Position numbers and translations under genes: made by a program
Shown here: positions 1-12,345 of the stretch, one piece after another
Position numbering within the stretch: position 1 is the stretch's first letter
Layout: each line of letters opens with the position of its first letter
From: Isurus oxyrinchus
Lineage: Eukaryota
DNA: 64,000 bases
Assembly (NCBI GenBank): GCA_026770705.1
Contig: JANJGN010000189.1
Coordinates: forward strand, 620,001 to 684,000
Reading direction: 5' to 3'
Notes under the pieces: model-generated
What the model saw: only the letters and a program-made list of their open reading frames with translations
What the model was told of the DNA's origin: nothing
Database searches by the model: none

Positions 1-69
1 GTGAGAGGAGGATTGAGGGAGAGGGAGAGAGAGAGAGAGAGAGGTACAGGAGAGAGAGGGGGAGGAGGA

Positions 70-380
70 CAGACTTGCATTTCTCTAACGCCTTTCACCA
101 CATCCCAAAGCATTTCACAGCCACTGAAGGATGTTTTTGAAGTGCACTCACACTGTAGGAAATGTGGCAGCTGATTTGTGCACAGCAAGATCCCACAAAT
201 AGCAATGTGATCATGGCCTAGATCATCTGTTTTTGGTGATGTTGGGTGAGGGATAAATATTGGTCCCAGGACACCGGGGAGAACTCCCCCCTGCTCTTCC
301 TCCAAATAGTGGCTGTGGGATCTTTCACACCCGCCCGAGAGGGCAGACGGGGGACTCGGTTTAATGTCTCATTCAACATT
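70..380 (-). mobile_element. Deu-domain SINE fragment
   Basis: Contains gggatctttcacacccgcccgagagggcagacgggggactcggtttaatgtctcat, resembling the DeuSINE central domain as I recall it. Confidence 0.55.
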
Positions 381-384
381 GTTG

Positions 385-730
385 TGCTCCCTCAGTACTA
401 ACCCTTTGACACTGCAGCACTCCCTTAGTATTAACCCTTCGATAGTGCTGCGCTCCCTCAGTACTGTCCCTCCGTCAGTGCAGCTCTATTTCAGTACTAA
501 CCCTTCGACACAGCAGCACTCCCTCAGTACTAACCCTTCGATAGTGCTGCACTCCCACAGTATTGTCCCTCCGTCAGTGCAGCGCTCCCTCAGTACTGAC
601 CCTCCGACACAGCAGCACTCCCTCAGTACTGACCTCCGACAGTATAGCACTCACTCAGTACTGTCCCTCCAATAGTGCAACACTTCCACACTACTGACCC
701 TCTGACAGTGCAGCACTCCCTCAGCACGGA
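385..730. repeat. 33-bp minisatellite (cagtactgaccctctgacagtgcagcactccct)
   Basis: Tandem copies visible; same family at 10410-10600, 16557-17382 and 63525-63790. Confidence 0.9.
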
Positions 731-789
731 GTGTTGACCGACGTTATGGGACTGAATTCCCTGGAGTGAGACTCAGACCAGAGATTTAG

Positions 790-1620
790 GTAGGGTTGTT
801 CCGGCTGGAGGAGGTTACAGAGATAGGGAGGGTTGTAGAGGCTGTAGGAGGTAACAGAGATATGGAGGGTTCTAGAGGCTGTAGGAGGTGACAGAGATAG
901 GGAAGGTTGTAGGGGCTGTAGGAGGTTACAGAGATAGGGAGGTGAGTAGGGGCTGTAGGAGGTTAAAGAGATGGGGGGGGTTGTGGGGGCTGGAGGAGGT
1001 TACAGAGGTAAGGAGGGTTGTAGAGGCTGGAGGAGGTTACCAAAATAGATACTGCTGTAGGGGCCACAGTAGGTTACAGAGATAGGGAGAGTTATAGTGT
1101 GGAGAGGACGTTATAGAGTTCATGAGCATTGTAGGGGCTGGAGGAGGTTACAGTGATTCTGAGGGTCGTGGGGCCTGGAGGAGGTTACAGAGATAGGGAG
1201 GGTTGTAGGGTCTGGAGGAGGTTACAGAGATAGGGAGGGTTGTAGGGTCTAGAGGAGGTTACAGTGATCATGAGGGTTGTGGGGCCTGGGGGAGGTTACA
1301 GAGATAGGGAGGTTTATAGGGGCTGGAGGAGGTTACAGAGATAGGGAGGGTTGTAGGGGCTGGAGGAGGTTACGGAGATAGGGAGTGTTGTAGGGGCTGG
1401 AGGAGGTAACAGAGATAGGGGCAGTTGTAGGGGCTGGAGGAGGTTACAGAGATAGGGAGGGGTGTAGGGGCTGGAGGAGGTTACAGATATAGGGAGGGTT
1501 GTAGCGGCTGGAGGAGGTTACAGAGATAGGGAGGGTTGTAGGGGCTGGAGGAGTTTACAGAGATAGGGAGGGTTGTAGGGGCTGGAGGAGGTTACAGAGA
1601 TAGGGAGTCGCTGAGGAGGG
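790..1620. repeat. 37-bp minisatellite (ggggctggaggaggttacagagatagggagggttgta)
   Basis: About 20 tandem copies; same family at 4270-4510, 42030-42560, 51220-52170 and 54775-55730. Confidence 0.9.
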
Positions 1621-1808
1621 ATTGAAAACAAGAATGAGAATTTCAGGGGAAATGACAGAAGGAAATGATGTTAAATTCATAGAGGGCAACAATATTAAAG
1701 GCACGAACATAATAATATCAAACTGCGGAAGTGACCAGTCTATCTGGGTGGTAGATGTAGAGTCATGTGCAAGAAACACCTCACCCAGAGGGACATCTCT
1801 TAGCTTAC

Positions 1809-1901
1809 CCTCGACAAGGAGAAGAAGTGACTCAGCTGCAGGGAGAGCAGCAAAGTCAGAGTGAACAAGACAAGTCGCCATTTCATCTGGGAGCTTCCCA
1901 T
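1809..1901 (-). CDS. First coding exon (signal peptide) of an unidentified secreted or type I membrane protein; remainder probably left of the window
   Basis: Reads MGSSQMKWRLVLFTLTLLLSLQLSHFFSLSR, then AGG|gtaagc (phase 0 donor). TATAAGAG lies ~70 nt upstream of the first ATG. Confidence 0.6.
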
Positions 1902-1970
1902 CTCTGCCTGTCTCTTCTGATCTTCTGGCTCTGCTTTGATGCTTTGGTTTGTAACTAGAGGAGCTTCCTG

Positions 1971-1978
1971 CTCTTATA
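1971..1978 (-). promoter_or_regulatory. TATA box of the signal-peptide gene
   Basis: TATAAGAG on the minus strand upstream of the ATG at 1901. Confidence 0.5.
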
Positions 1979-2549
1979 CCTGAAACACTTGAAGGGGACA
2001 GCCGCGGGTGGGTAGCTGTGTGGTATCACACCCATTTCTGGATATTGCAGTGTCGATGTTCCCTGTCCCACTGGCCTGGGACCAGCAGTAAGGTCACTGG
2101 GACATTGACTGTCTGGCGCCGAGAACTATCAGTCCCTCCGCAACGCCCTTCACCTTGTGCAAATATGTGTTCATATTGACGCAACACAACATAGCAAAAA
2201 CAGAGGGGCTGGTTCTTATGTCGGCAAATCAGGTGAAGCGCATGCCCCCTAACCCCTTACTCCTCTCATTGCTACACTTACTATTTTACAAATTGTGTGC
2301 GTTGCTTTTATTTTGGACAAGGGGCCTCGAGGGGGAACTGATTTACGCTGAGGTTTAAGGGTTAACAGCCATGTCATGTGTTGATCGGTCAGTGTTTACC
2401 ATGTGGAGACTGTCTGTCACCAGCTTTGTTCATGGTTTATCCAGGAACATTGAAGGTCATGAACGTTCTTGCTTTGTATGGAACAAGTTACCAACTGGGT
2501 TCAGTCATCGACTCAGACTCACATCAACATAAACTGGCTTCTGACAGGT

Positions 2550-3185
2550 AAGTTTCTATTACATGAGGGTAGGAGGAGGCCATTTGGCCCCTCGAGCCTG
2601 CTCCACCATTCAATGAGATCATGGCTGATCTGCAAACTAGCCCCATATGGCTTTGTCCCATCTCCTTTAATACCTTTGGATAACAAAAATCTATCAGTCT
2701 CACAGGTTTAAAATGAACAACTTGATCGTGCATCAGTTTCAGTTTGGGGAAGACCGTTCCAAATTTCTCCCACACTTTGTGCTTCCTAATTTCACTCCTG
2801 AAAGGTCAGCCTCTCCTTTTTAGGCTCTGACCCCGAGTCCCAGACTCCCCCCAACCAGGGGAAATGGTTTCTCTTTATCGCCCCCGATCTGTTCTCCTTA
2901 ATATCATGCAAACTTTCATCAAATCTCCTGCTTAACATTCTAACTTCCAGGGAATACAAGCCGAGTTTGTGTTTAATCTCTCCTTGTGATTTAACCCTTG
3001 GAGTCCCGGTCTCATTCTGGTAAACTGACACTGCTCTCCCTCCGAGGTCAATATATCCTTCCTAAGGTGTGGGGCCCAGAATGTCTCACAGTGACTCCAG
3101 GTGTGGTCTAGCCAGGGCTTTATGTAGACTGAAGCATGACCTCTGCCCCCTTATATTCTAATCCGTGAGATAGAAAGGGCAGAGT
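2550..3185 (-). mobile_element. CR1-type LINE 3' fragment
   Basis: Degenerate RT C-terminus (LGLYSLE..R..D) and a 3' tail with caggctcgaggggccaaatggcctcctcct. Confidence 0.75.
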
Positions 3186-5739
3186 TCCAGAATTGTTGTG
3201 TTTATTCGACAACAGAATAACAGAGGAAGGTTTCCTCTCTGCCCTCTTCAGCCCCACTGGGAAGGTCAGGATGAGAAGGTTGGGCTGGGTCCCCTGTACT
3301 GGACACTCGCTGAATCTTCCAATGATAGTTCTGGGCTGGATTTCAAAACGCATAGACAAGGATTCAGTGTTCCATCACATTCTGCCTTTGTCTCTTTTCC
3401 TCTCGTTCTCTTTCTCTACCATCCTCTCTCTCTATCTATCTATCTTTCTCCTCATTCTCTCCTGCTTCATCTCTATCACTTTCTTTCTACTTCTTTGTGT
3501 GTCTCTGTCTGTCACTCTCTCTCACTCTTTCTTTCCTTGTCCTTATCTCTTTCAGTGTCTCCCTCTTTCTCTCTCTCTCTCTCTCTCTAAATGTGACCCT
3601 CTCTAACAGTTTGGCCCAGTACTCTTATTTCCCTGTTTTACTGGTGTTCCATTTGAAGGTATACAAGACCAGATCAGACCAGAATGTTTATTTTCCAGTG
3701 TTTACTGTGTTTTTTTCATTCTGGGTGTCTCTCGACTCTGTCTGTCCCTCTCTGTCCTTTTATTTCATTCTTTCATGTGATGTGGACATCACTGCCTAGG
3801 CCAGCATTAATTGCCCAACCCTAATTGCCCTTGTTCAGAGGCCACTTTTTAAAAGTCAACCACATTGCTGTGGGTCTGGAGTCACATGTAGGCCAGACCA
3901 GCTAAGGACAGCAGATTTCCCTCCCTAAAGGGCATTTGTGACCCAAATACAAGAATCAGCAATGGTTTCCTGGTCATCATCGGACTTTTAATTCCAGGTT
4001 TTTATTGAGTTCAAATTCCACCAACTGCTGTGGTGAGATTCTAACCAGGGTCCCAGGAGCATTACACTGGGTCTCTGGATTACTGGTCCAGTGAAAATAC
4101 CATCAGGCCAACACCTCCCCACTCTTCCCTTCCACCATCTTTCACACTTGTTCTCTCTCTCTCTCACTCTCCTTCTCTCTTCTCCCTCTCTCAGTCTCTG
4201 TCTGTCTCTCAATCTCTCTATCGCTCTCTATCTCCTGGAGGCTCTCTCTCTGACTGTCTCCCTCCCTATATCTGTAACCTCCTCTCTCTGTCCCTTTCCT
4301 CCAGCCCCTACAACCCTCCCTAAGGCAGCCTCCACCTGCCTCTACAACCCTCCCCATCTCTGTAACCACCTTCAACCCCTACACCCCTCCCTATATCTGT
4401 AACCACCTCCAACCCCCACAACCCTCCCCATCTCTGTAACCACCTTCAACCCCTACACCCCTCCCTATACCTGTAACCTCCTCCAGCCCCTGTAACCCTC
4501 CCTATCTCTTGAAGGGTTCTCAAAATTCCCACATTTTCCATATCATCAACAAGGATATCACTTTTGCACCTTTAAACTGCTGAGTTAAGTGGAAAACCCT
4601 GCAGACAGGAGGCTGGGCCCATGAAGGCCTGGGGCTGCACATGTCCGGGCTTATTGAGAGCAGTGTGGAATGTTTGGCCTGAAACCAGACAACGAGAGGA
4701 GACAGAATACGCATTCTTCCCTTTAATACAATCAACCCAGAGAAAGACTTCACTTCACACGCAACTGAAGCCCATCTAAATCTTGCATCAATAATCGCTC
4801 CTAACTTCTGAGGCCGGCAATTTAATTATGCGAACCCATCAATACTCCACACATACAATGGCTTTCAGTTCAAAACTAGTTACTGGGCAGGAAGACAATG
4901 ATAAACATCATGCGAGCCCATTAACAACAACGAGACATCAATCACCTGGGGAAGCCCACCAAAGACAAACAAAGAACGAACCTTGATTTGGATTGCGATA
5001 AGAAACTCGAAAGGCAGTATAACTGGGCAGTCAGTTGGGAGAGAAACCAGCCAGCAGAAGGGTTGCAGTGTTGAAAGCTGACACAGGGCAGTGAGCAGTT
5101 GGGAGCGGTTGAAACAGAGTTTAAGCAAGGAGATCTGGAGGTTTGCAGGCCCACAGGCAACATCACGGTGAGGGGCACGGGGTGGCAGGCTCAACCGAAG
5201 ACAACAAGGCCACAACCGCTGCCCTCCATGAAGATCGACCACCCACAACCGCGCCCTCCACCCAACTGAAGACCCTTCACAGATTCCACAGACCAGGACC
5301 ACGTGGGGATGACAGGCCCCAGAGGACACTAAGAGCGTCCCCCAAAACTGCAACCGGCTTACCTGGCTGGATTTCCACCTGTCAAGGAACCCTGGGTTGG
5401 TGAGCGTGACCCCTGACCTCTCCTAGTGCAATTTAGTTAGGGATGGGGGGTGGGACAAGGGTAAGGGCATTAGTAGCGTGATTCTCCCTCGTTATGCCAT
5501 GTGTTCCCTATTCTTAACTCAGTGTACTTTGTAAGTCTGTATAATCTCAGTGTCATCCTAATGTTATAAGTTCATTTGTGACTTCAGTAAACTCAGTTTT
5601 TGTCTTGCACCAAAACCAGTTGTCTGCTGCACTTTGTGACAAGCCCCGAATAAGTCCAAGGTCTAGAACCCAGGGAGTGGGAGCGATTCAGACGTCTCAG
5701 AAGTCGCAGGTGAAGCTGACACACACCACCACACCCTAC

Positions 5740-6150
5740 AAGGGGCTGAATGGCCTCCTCCTGTTCCTGTGTAACGGGCATCAGTGGCTGAATGGGCCTC
5801 GTCCTTTTTCTGTGTAACAGGCTCAATGTGGCTGAATGGGCCTCCTCCTGTTCTTGTCTAACAGGCTCGAGGGGGCTGAATGGGCCTCCTCCAGTTCCTG
5901 TGTAACAAGCTTGAGGAGCTAAATGGGCCTCCTTCCGTTCCTGTGTAACAGACATCAGTGGCTGAATGGGCTTGCTCCTGTTCCTGTGTAACAGTCTTGA
6001 GGGGGCTGAATGGCCTCTTCCTGTATCTGTGTAACAGGCTCAATGGGCTGAATGGCCCCCTTCTGTTCCTGTGTAACAGTCTCGAGGGGGCTGAATGGGC
6101 CTCTTCCTGTTCCTGTGTAACAGGCTCGACGGGCTGAATGGCCTCCTTCT
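5740..6150 (+). repeat. ~40-bp tandem repeat derived from the CR1/SINE 3' tail (gggctgaatggcctcctcctgttcctgtgtaacaggctc)
   Basis: About 10 imperfect copies; the unit matches the CR1 tail at ~51090-51125. Confidence 0.8.
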
Positions 6151-6469
6151 GCTCTGTAAAATTGTTGTGATACTGTAACTGCCTCTTTGGTTTCATTCAG
6201 CTGAATCTTCAGCTCTTCAGTCTCTTCCTTGTATCTCTTGCCTTCCTCCTGGAACATTGGACATGGTTGGGTCTTCCCTGCCAACTGTTTCTTCAGTTTG
6301 CTCAGAGCGGCACAGAATTCGCTTTCTTTCTCTTCAGGATTTTCCAGTGGAACCAACTCTGACCTGAGGGACACTTGCAGCCTGTGAGGATGCTTCAATT
6401 CTTCAAACTCATTCCGAGATACACTCTCATATTCCCCCAGCAACTCAGCAACTCCTCCAGTGAAACATT

Positions 6470-7092
6470 TCAGAGCAGCTGAGCTTGGTTTTCTGGAACC
6501 AGTCTCGGCCCAGAAGACTAGGGCCCTCACCTGTCGCTATGATCACTGGAAGCTGGGCTGTCTGCTGCCTGTAGGACACAGGTACTGGGATGAGGTCCTT
6601 TCCCTGTATGGATTCTCCAGTGTGTGTCTTCAGCTGATCCATTGTTGGCTCTAAATTCAGCGTCTGGGTTCCTTCATTTAGCTGTTTAAATGTGGGCTCT
6701 TCCACCACTGTGTCTGAGGCTCCCGTATCTGCCCCATTACTAGTGGCTGCCCATTCACTTGGGTTGTGATGGTTATAGGTTCAGTTTTTACCACTGTGAC
6801 ATTGGACAGGGAATAGACATCGGTATCAGCAGCTTCAGGCTCTGTGATATTATTCACTTCCATCATGTTGGTGCACTGCCTGATGGGCTGTCTCGATTTC
6901 ACCCTGCATTGCTTTATTACCCGCCCCTTTCTTGTGGCAGTGATGGCATTCTGCCCCCTTGGACCTGCAGGTGTCCAGTACGTGCTCAATGCCCCCCACA
7001 TCGAGAACAGACCAACTTCGGAGTTGCTGCTGAAATACTCCCACGAAGCCTTTTAGTTTCTGGAGCGGCAGAGACTGTCTCTCGCTTGGCGG

Positions 7093-7127
<35 letters not shown>

Positions 7128-7529
7128 GTTTGAGCCTCACGCCCGGTGGTTGATTCCTGTCCCAGCTGAGGACTGGTGCCATGTTGTACATCCTGTAAAT
7201 CCCGCCAGTCTCTCCCAGCACTTTCCATGCCTGGCGCTATTTTCATGGTGCGCTTCAAATTGATGTCGGCTTCTGTGAGTAAACGGCTCTGAATGGCGTT
7301 GGGGTGAACGACACAAACCAATCGGCCCCGCAACATGTCATTGAGTGTGTCTCCGAGGTCCCAGTGCTCAGTCACCTGCTTCCACTTCACTGTATAGGTT
7401 GCGATGGACTCTCCCGGGGCCCTTACTCTGGAGTTAAACTTAAACCTCTGCATTATTACCCACGGCTTCAGCTGAAAACACATCTTCATGAGGTCGACTA
7501 ATTGGTGAAAAGATTTAGAATTGGGTGCA
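6470..7529 (-). mobile_element. Gypsy LTR-retrotransposon gag/zinc-knuckle/protease fragment (degenerate)
   Basis: Gag-like QRFKFNSRVRAPGESIATY...LNDMLRGRLVC; Cys/His knuckles; protease-like VNGQPLVM and GPSLLGRDW; frameshifted. Confidence 0.85.
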
Positions 7530-7816
7530 ATACACGTCACTGTCTTCAGCTCTGAGACTGTCAATCCTCACCAAACAATTCTTCCCTTCCAAGTCGCCGA
7601 TTATTTTAGCACGTCCCACGAATGTGGCCATCCCATAGTTGGGATCTTTGGTGTATGTGATGGTATATTTCCATCTATACCAATATTTATACCAAGCTCC
7701 GTGCAGTGCTGTGTAAGAGTGGGAAGGAAAGTCAAAGCTACACGGAATAACCACACAAGAGCTGCTGATGGCCCTCCGAGGCAGCGCCTTCATAGACCAT
7801 CCCTCTGACGTCACTC
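7530..7816 (-). pseudogene. Gene C: truncated MAG/Siglec-like V-set exon
   Basis: Acceptor ttgcctttcag|GAGTG; GVTSEGWSM...SCVVIPCSFDFP...HGAWY...FVGRAKIIGDLEGKNCLVRIDSLRAEDSDVY, then joins Gypsy gag before the F-strand Arg; no donor site. Confidence 0.8.
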
Positions 7817-7849
7817 CTGAAAGGCAACAAGGGAAGAGACAGGACATCA

Positions 7850-8330
7850 AAAAGCAGAATATTACTTCAATGGAGAGAGGCAGCAGAATGCGGTACAGAG
7901 GGATCTGGGTGTCCTTGTACATGAATCACAGAAAGTCAGCATTCAGGAACAGCACGGAATGAGGAAGGCAAGTGGAATGTTGGCCTTTATTGCAAAGGGA
8001 TGGAGTATAAAAGGAGGGAAGTCTTGCAACAGCTGCACAGGTCGTTGGTGAGATTGTATCAGGAGCAGTGTGTACAGTTCTGGTCTCCTTACTTAGGGAG
8101 GGATAGACTCTGCATTGGAGGCAGTTCAGAGGAGGATCACTGGGCTGATTCCTGGGATGAAGGGGGTTTGTCTTATGAGGAAATGTTGAGCAGGTTGGGC
8201 CCTGTATCCATTGGAGTTTAGAAGAATGAGAGGTGATCTTATTGAAACATATAAGATTCTGAGGTGGTGGGGGGTTTGACAGGGTCGATGCTGAGGGGAT
8301 GTTACCCCTTGTGGGGGAATCCTGTGAAGC
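7850..8330 (+). mobile_element. CR1-type LINE fragment
   Basis: RT C-terminal motifs (QRDLGVLVHES, CVQFWSPYL, RLGPVS). Confidence 0.8.
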
Positions 8331-8636
8331 AATAAGGATGTTTTACTGCATTAAAGGTGCTATATAAATGCACTGTCATTCCTATTGAAACAAGCTCTCT
8401 GATGCACAAACAGAAAATGCTGGAAAAACTCAGCAGGTCTGACAGCATCTGTGGAGAGAGAAACAGAGTTGGTGTTTCGAGTCCGTATGAGGCTTTTGCT
8501 TTTGCTATATTCTCTGACTCGCTAATCACTCACTCTCTGTGTGATCACTAACCCTGTTCTCTAAAATTAAATGTTCACTTCCTCACTCCAGGAAAGAATC
8601 CAATTCCCTGAGTTCCGATCAGTAATGAATTTGTAC

Positions 8637-8682
8637 CTTGCAGCAAGCTGATGAAGATCAATATCAGACCGACCTCTCCCAT
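8637..8682 (-). pseudogene. Gene C: signal-peptide exon
   Basis: MGEVGLILIFISLLQ + G|gtacaa (phase 1), acceptor ttccatttag at 8697. Ends SLLQ like the signal exons of genes A and B and splices in frame to the V exon at 7816. Confidence 0.75.
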
Positions 8683-8959
8683 CTTCAGTTCCTCATCTAA
8701 ATGGAAAATGATAAAGACAGAGACTTTTTCATAAATTGTCCCCAGCGTTTCTTCCTCAAACAACAACTTGTGATTAAATGGCACCTTTCAGTGAGTTAAA
8801 CAGCCCCAGGGAATGAACTAATGTCAAGACAAGGAAGGAGAGATTGAGAAGGGACATCGCAAACCGATTCACCAAACACGGCAAAAATTCATTGTTCCCT
8901 CACTCCCTGTGCTGGGTGTCCAGCTTTTTCTCTCAGTGAGTTTAGTCCTCACAATATCT

Positions 8960-9810
8960 ATCTATCACACTCTTCTGCTCTATCTCTCTCTCTCTCACAC
9001 ACACACATTCTCTCTCTAACACTCACAATCTCTCTCTATCGCACTCTTCTGCTCTATCTCTCTCTCTCACACACACATTCTCTCTCTAACAAAAACAATC
9101 TCTCTCTATCACACTCTTCTGCTCTATCTCTCTCTCTCACACACACACACATTCTCTCTCTAACACTCACAATCTCTCTCTATCACACTCTTCTGCTCTA
9201 TCTCTCTCTCTCTCTCACACACACACATTATCTCTCTAACACTCACAATCTCTCTCTATCACACTCTTCTGCTCTATCTCTCTCTCACACACACACATTC
9301 TCTCTCTAACAAACACAATCTCTCTCTAAAACACTCCTCTGCTCGATCTCTCTCTCTCTCTCACACACACACATTCTCTCTCTAACACTCACAATCTCTC
9401 TCTATCACACTCTTCTGCTCTATCTCTCTCTCTCGCACACACACACATTCTCTCTCTAACACTCACAATCTCTCTCTATCACACTCTTCTGCTCTATCTC
9501 TCTCTCTCTCACACACACTTTCTCTCTCTAACACTCACAATCTCTCTCTATCACACTCTTCTGCTCTATCTCTCTCTCTCTCACACACACACCTTCTCTC
9601 TCTAACACTCACAATCTCTCTCTATCACACTCTTCTGCTCTATCTCTCTCTCTCTCACACACACACCTTCTCTCTCTAACACTCACAATCTCTCTCTATC
9701 ACACTCTTCTGCTCTATCTCTCTCACACACACACACATTCTCTCTCTAACACTCACAATCTCTCTCTATCACACTCTTCTGCTCTATCTCTCTCTCTCTC
9801 ACACACACAT
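8960..9810. repeat. ~70-bp compound (CT/CA) tandem repeat
   Basis: About 12 copies of tatcacactcttctgctctatc(tc)n(ac)nattctctctctaacactcacaatctctctc. Confidence 0.9.
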
Positions 9811-10862
9811 TCTCTCTGTCTCCCTCCCTCAAATACATTCTCTCTCTCTCTCAGACACAAACACTCTCTCACACACTCACACACTTTCCCTAAAAATAAC
9901 ACAATCTCTCTTTCTTTCAAGCACACACTCTCTCTCACACACACACACTCTCTCTCAGACACACACATTCTCTCTCTCTCAAACATTTAACATTTCTCTT
10001 CATCTCGCTCTTCTGCTGTCTCCCTCTTTCTCTCCCTCGCACACACACACACTCTCTGTCACAAACACACGCTCTCTCACACACACTCTCTCTCACACAC
10101 ACACACACTCTCTGTCACACACACACTCTCTCTCACACACACTCTCTCTCACACACACACACTCTCTCTGTCACAAACACACACTCTCTCCCACACACTC
10201 TCTCTCACACATTATCACATGCACACTCTCTCCCTCATATTCAAACACTCTCCCTCACACATGCACACACTCTCTCTATCTCTTTTTCTCTCTCACGCAG
10301 TCTCTCGGTCTCTCTCTGTCTCTCAGACACTCTCTCTCTCTCTGATACAGAATGTTTTAAGACCTGCTCATGATTTCAGCTCAAAACCCAGGTAGATTCT
10401 CCCCAGTGAGGGAGTGGTGAGGGAGTGCTGCACTGTCAGAGGATCAGTACTGAGGGCGTGCTGCACTGTCAGAAGGTAAGTACTGAGGGAGTGCTGCACT
10501 GTCAGAGGGTCGGTACTGAAGGAGTGCTGCACTCTCAAAGGGTCAGTGCTGAGGGAGTGCTGCACTGTCAGAGGGTGGGCACTGAGGGAATGCTGCTCTG
10601 TCAGACCTGCCATATTTCAGATGACATTTGAAATTAGCAACATGCCTCATGTATAATTATATATCACCAGCTCAAAATAAATAGATTATTCCTGTACGTT
10701 TCACTTTACTGTAAATTGTTTGCAGTTTCATTTCCTTAGAAACCAGGCTTGTGTGATTACTATTTTTAAATAACGTTAATATTAAAGATGCAACAATCCA
10801 CACGCACACATGTACACACACACACACACTCACTCACAAGGGTACATAGACAGACACACACT

Positions 10863-11009
10863 NNNNNNNNNNNNNNNNNNNNNNNNNNNNNNNNNNNNNN
10901 NNNNNNNNNNNNNNNNNNNNNNNNNNNNNNNNNNNNNNNNNNNNNNNNNNNNNNNNNNNNNNNNNNNNNNNNNNNNNNNNNNNNNNNNNNNNNNNNNNNN
11001 NNNNNNNNN
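10863..11009. other. Assembly gap
   Basis: Run of N. Confidence 1.
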
Positions 11010-11931
11010 GTTAGAGTCCAATAAAAATTTAAAAGAATATATGATTAATACAATTGCTTGTCTTTGAGGTGTAGATTGTTGACGTTTGCAGCTGTTCAAG
11101 GTTAATTGGTTTCCTGTGGCATCCTGGTGGTGATTTGATTCAGATTTGCACTTTGTTGAAGATGCGCTGTTAGCTTCAGAAAGAGAGAGAGAGAGAGAGA
11201 GAATTTCTGCTCTTTTCCAGCAGTGTTTGTGGAAGACTGCCATATTTCTTTTTCCCCTCCTTTCTCTTATATCTGCTTGGCAGAACCATTTGTTAAACTC
11301 CTGTCTGTATATCCCTGAAGTCAATTCGATCAGCATGTTCTGCATTCATTGTTATAGACCAAGTATTCCCATTTTTTTATCTTTGCATCTCTGAAACCTT
11401 TGATGCATTTCAAGATATAAATCAACAGGAGACGGGGGTATTGTATCCTCCACAGGGGGTTTTGAATGGTTGATGATTATCCGCTTGGTGAGCAGTTCCC
11501 AATGTTTTGATTGAACTACAGCTGATCAAAGTGCAGCACTTTACATTTTAATGCCTTCCTTTTAAGAGTGTCTCTATTTGAAGTGGACCCTGACACACCC
11601 CAGGCGTGAACTTCCATGCAACAGGTCTGCAGTGCAATTCACTTGAACCTTTCCAGAGAAGTGATCAACTTCACAGTATCAGCAATCAGGTGACTTGTGT
11701 CAGCCATTTTTGATCTGTGTACAATCTTGTATTTCTTTGAAAAACAGGTCGCTTTTAGACAGTTCAATATGTCTTTGGTCTCTTAGTTAAGTTGTAGGAA
11801 GCTCTTAATCGCAGTTTGTTGTCATTGGGATATTGTCTTTGTGTGTGTGTTTGTGTGTGTGAGTGAGTGTGTGAGTGAGTGTGTGAGTGAATGTGTGTGT
11901 GTGTGTGAATGTGTGTGTTTGTGTCTGTCTG

Positions 11932-12191
11932 NNNNNNNNNNNNNNNNNNNNNNNNNNNNNNNNNNNNNNNNNNNNNNNNNNNNNNNNNNNNNNNNNNNNN
12001 NNNNNNNNNNNNNNNNNNNNNNNNNNNNNNNNNNNNNNNNNNNNNNNNNNNNNNNNNNNNNNNNNNNNNNNNNNNNNNNNNNNNNNNNNNNNNNNNNNNN
12101 NNNNNNNNNNNNNNNNNNNNNNNNNNNNNNNNNNNNNNNNNNNNNNNNNNNNNNNNNNNNNNNNNNNNNNNNNNNNNNNNNNNNNNNNNNN
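11932..12191. other. Assembly gap
   Basis: Run of N. Confidence 1.
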
Positions 12192-12242
12192 AGTGAAACC
12201 TCCTTGAGTCTGGCCGCTGTGTTTAACATTTAAGCCACACAG

Positions 12243-12345
12243 ACAGGATGTGGTTAAAAGGTGAAACCACAAGGAGTGAGTGACTTTCTCAGTGACTGTC
12301 TCTCTGTGGGTTTCCTGTGGGTTTCTGTGAACTGCCTGTGGTTTT
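12243..12345. promoter_or_regulatory. ETS:RUNX composite site plus a RUNX cluster (candidate haematopoietic promoter/enhancer)
   Basis: ACAGGATGTGGT at 12243-12254, AAACCACA at 12264-12271, TGTGGTT at ~12337 and two TGTGGG. Confidence 0.4.

Noticed and set aside
4520-4753. Candidate exon of gene C after a good acceptor at ~4679
   Set aside because: No Ig, TM or tyrosine-motif similarity in any frame and no convincing donor.
4760-5740. ORFs at 4880-5403 as a gene
   Set aside because: No recognisable domain or splice structure; looks like LTR-type non-coding sequence, but I could not define the ends.
10788-12272. ORFs containing X runs
   Set aside because: Artefacts of N gaps.
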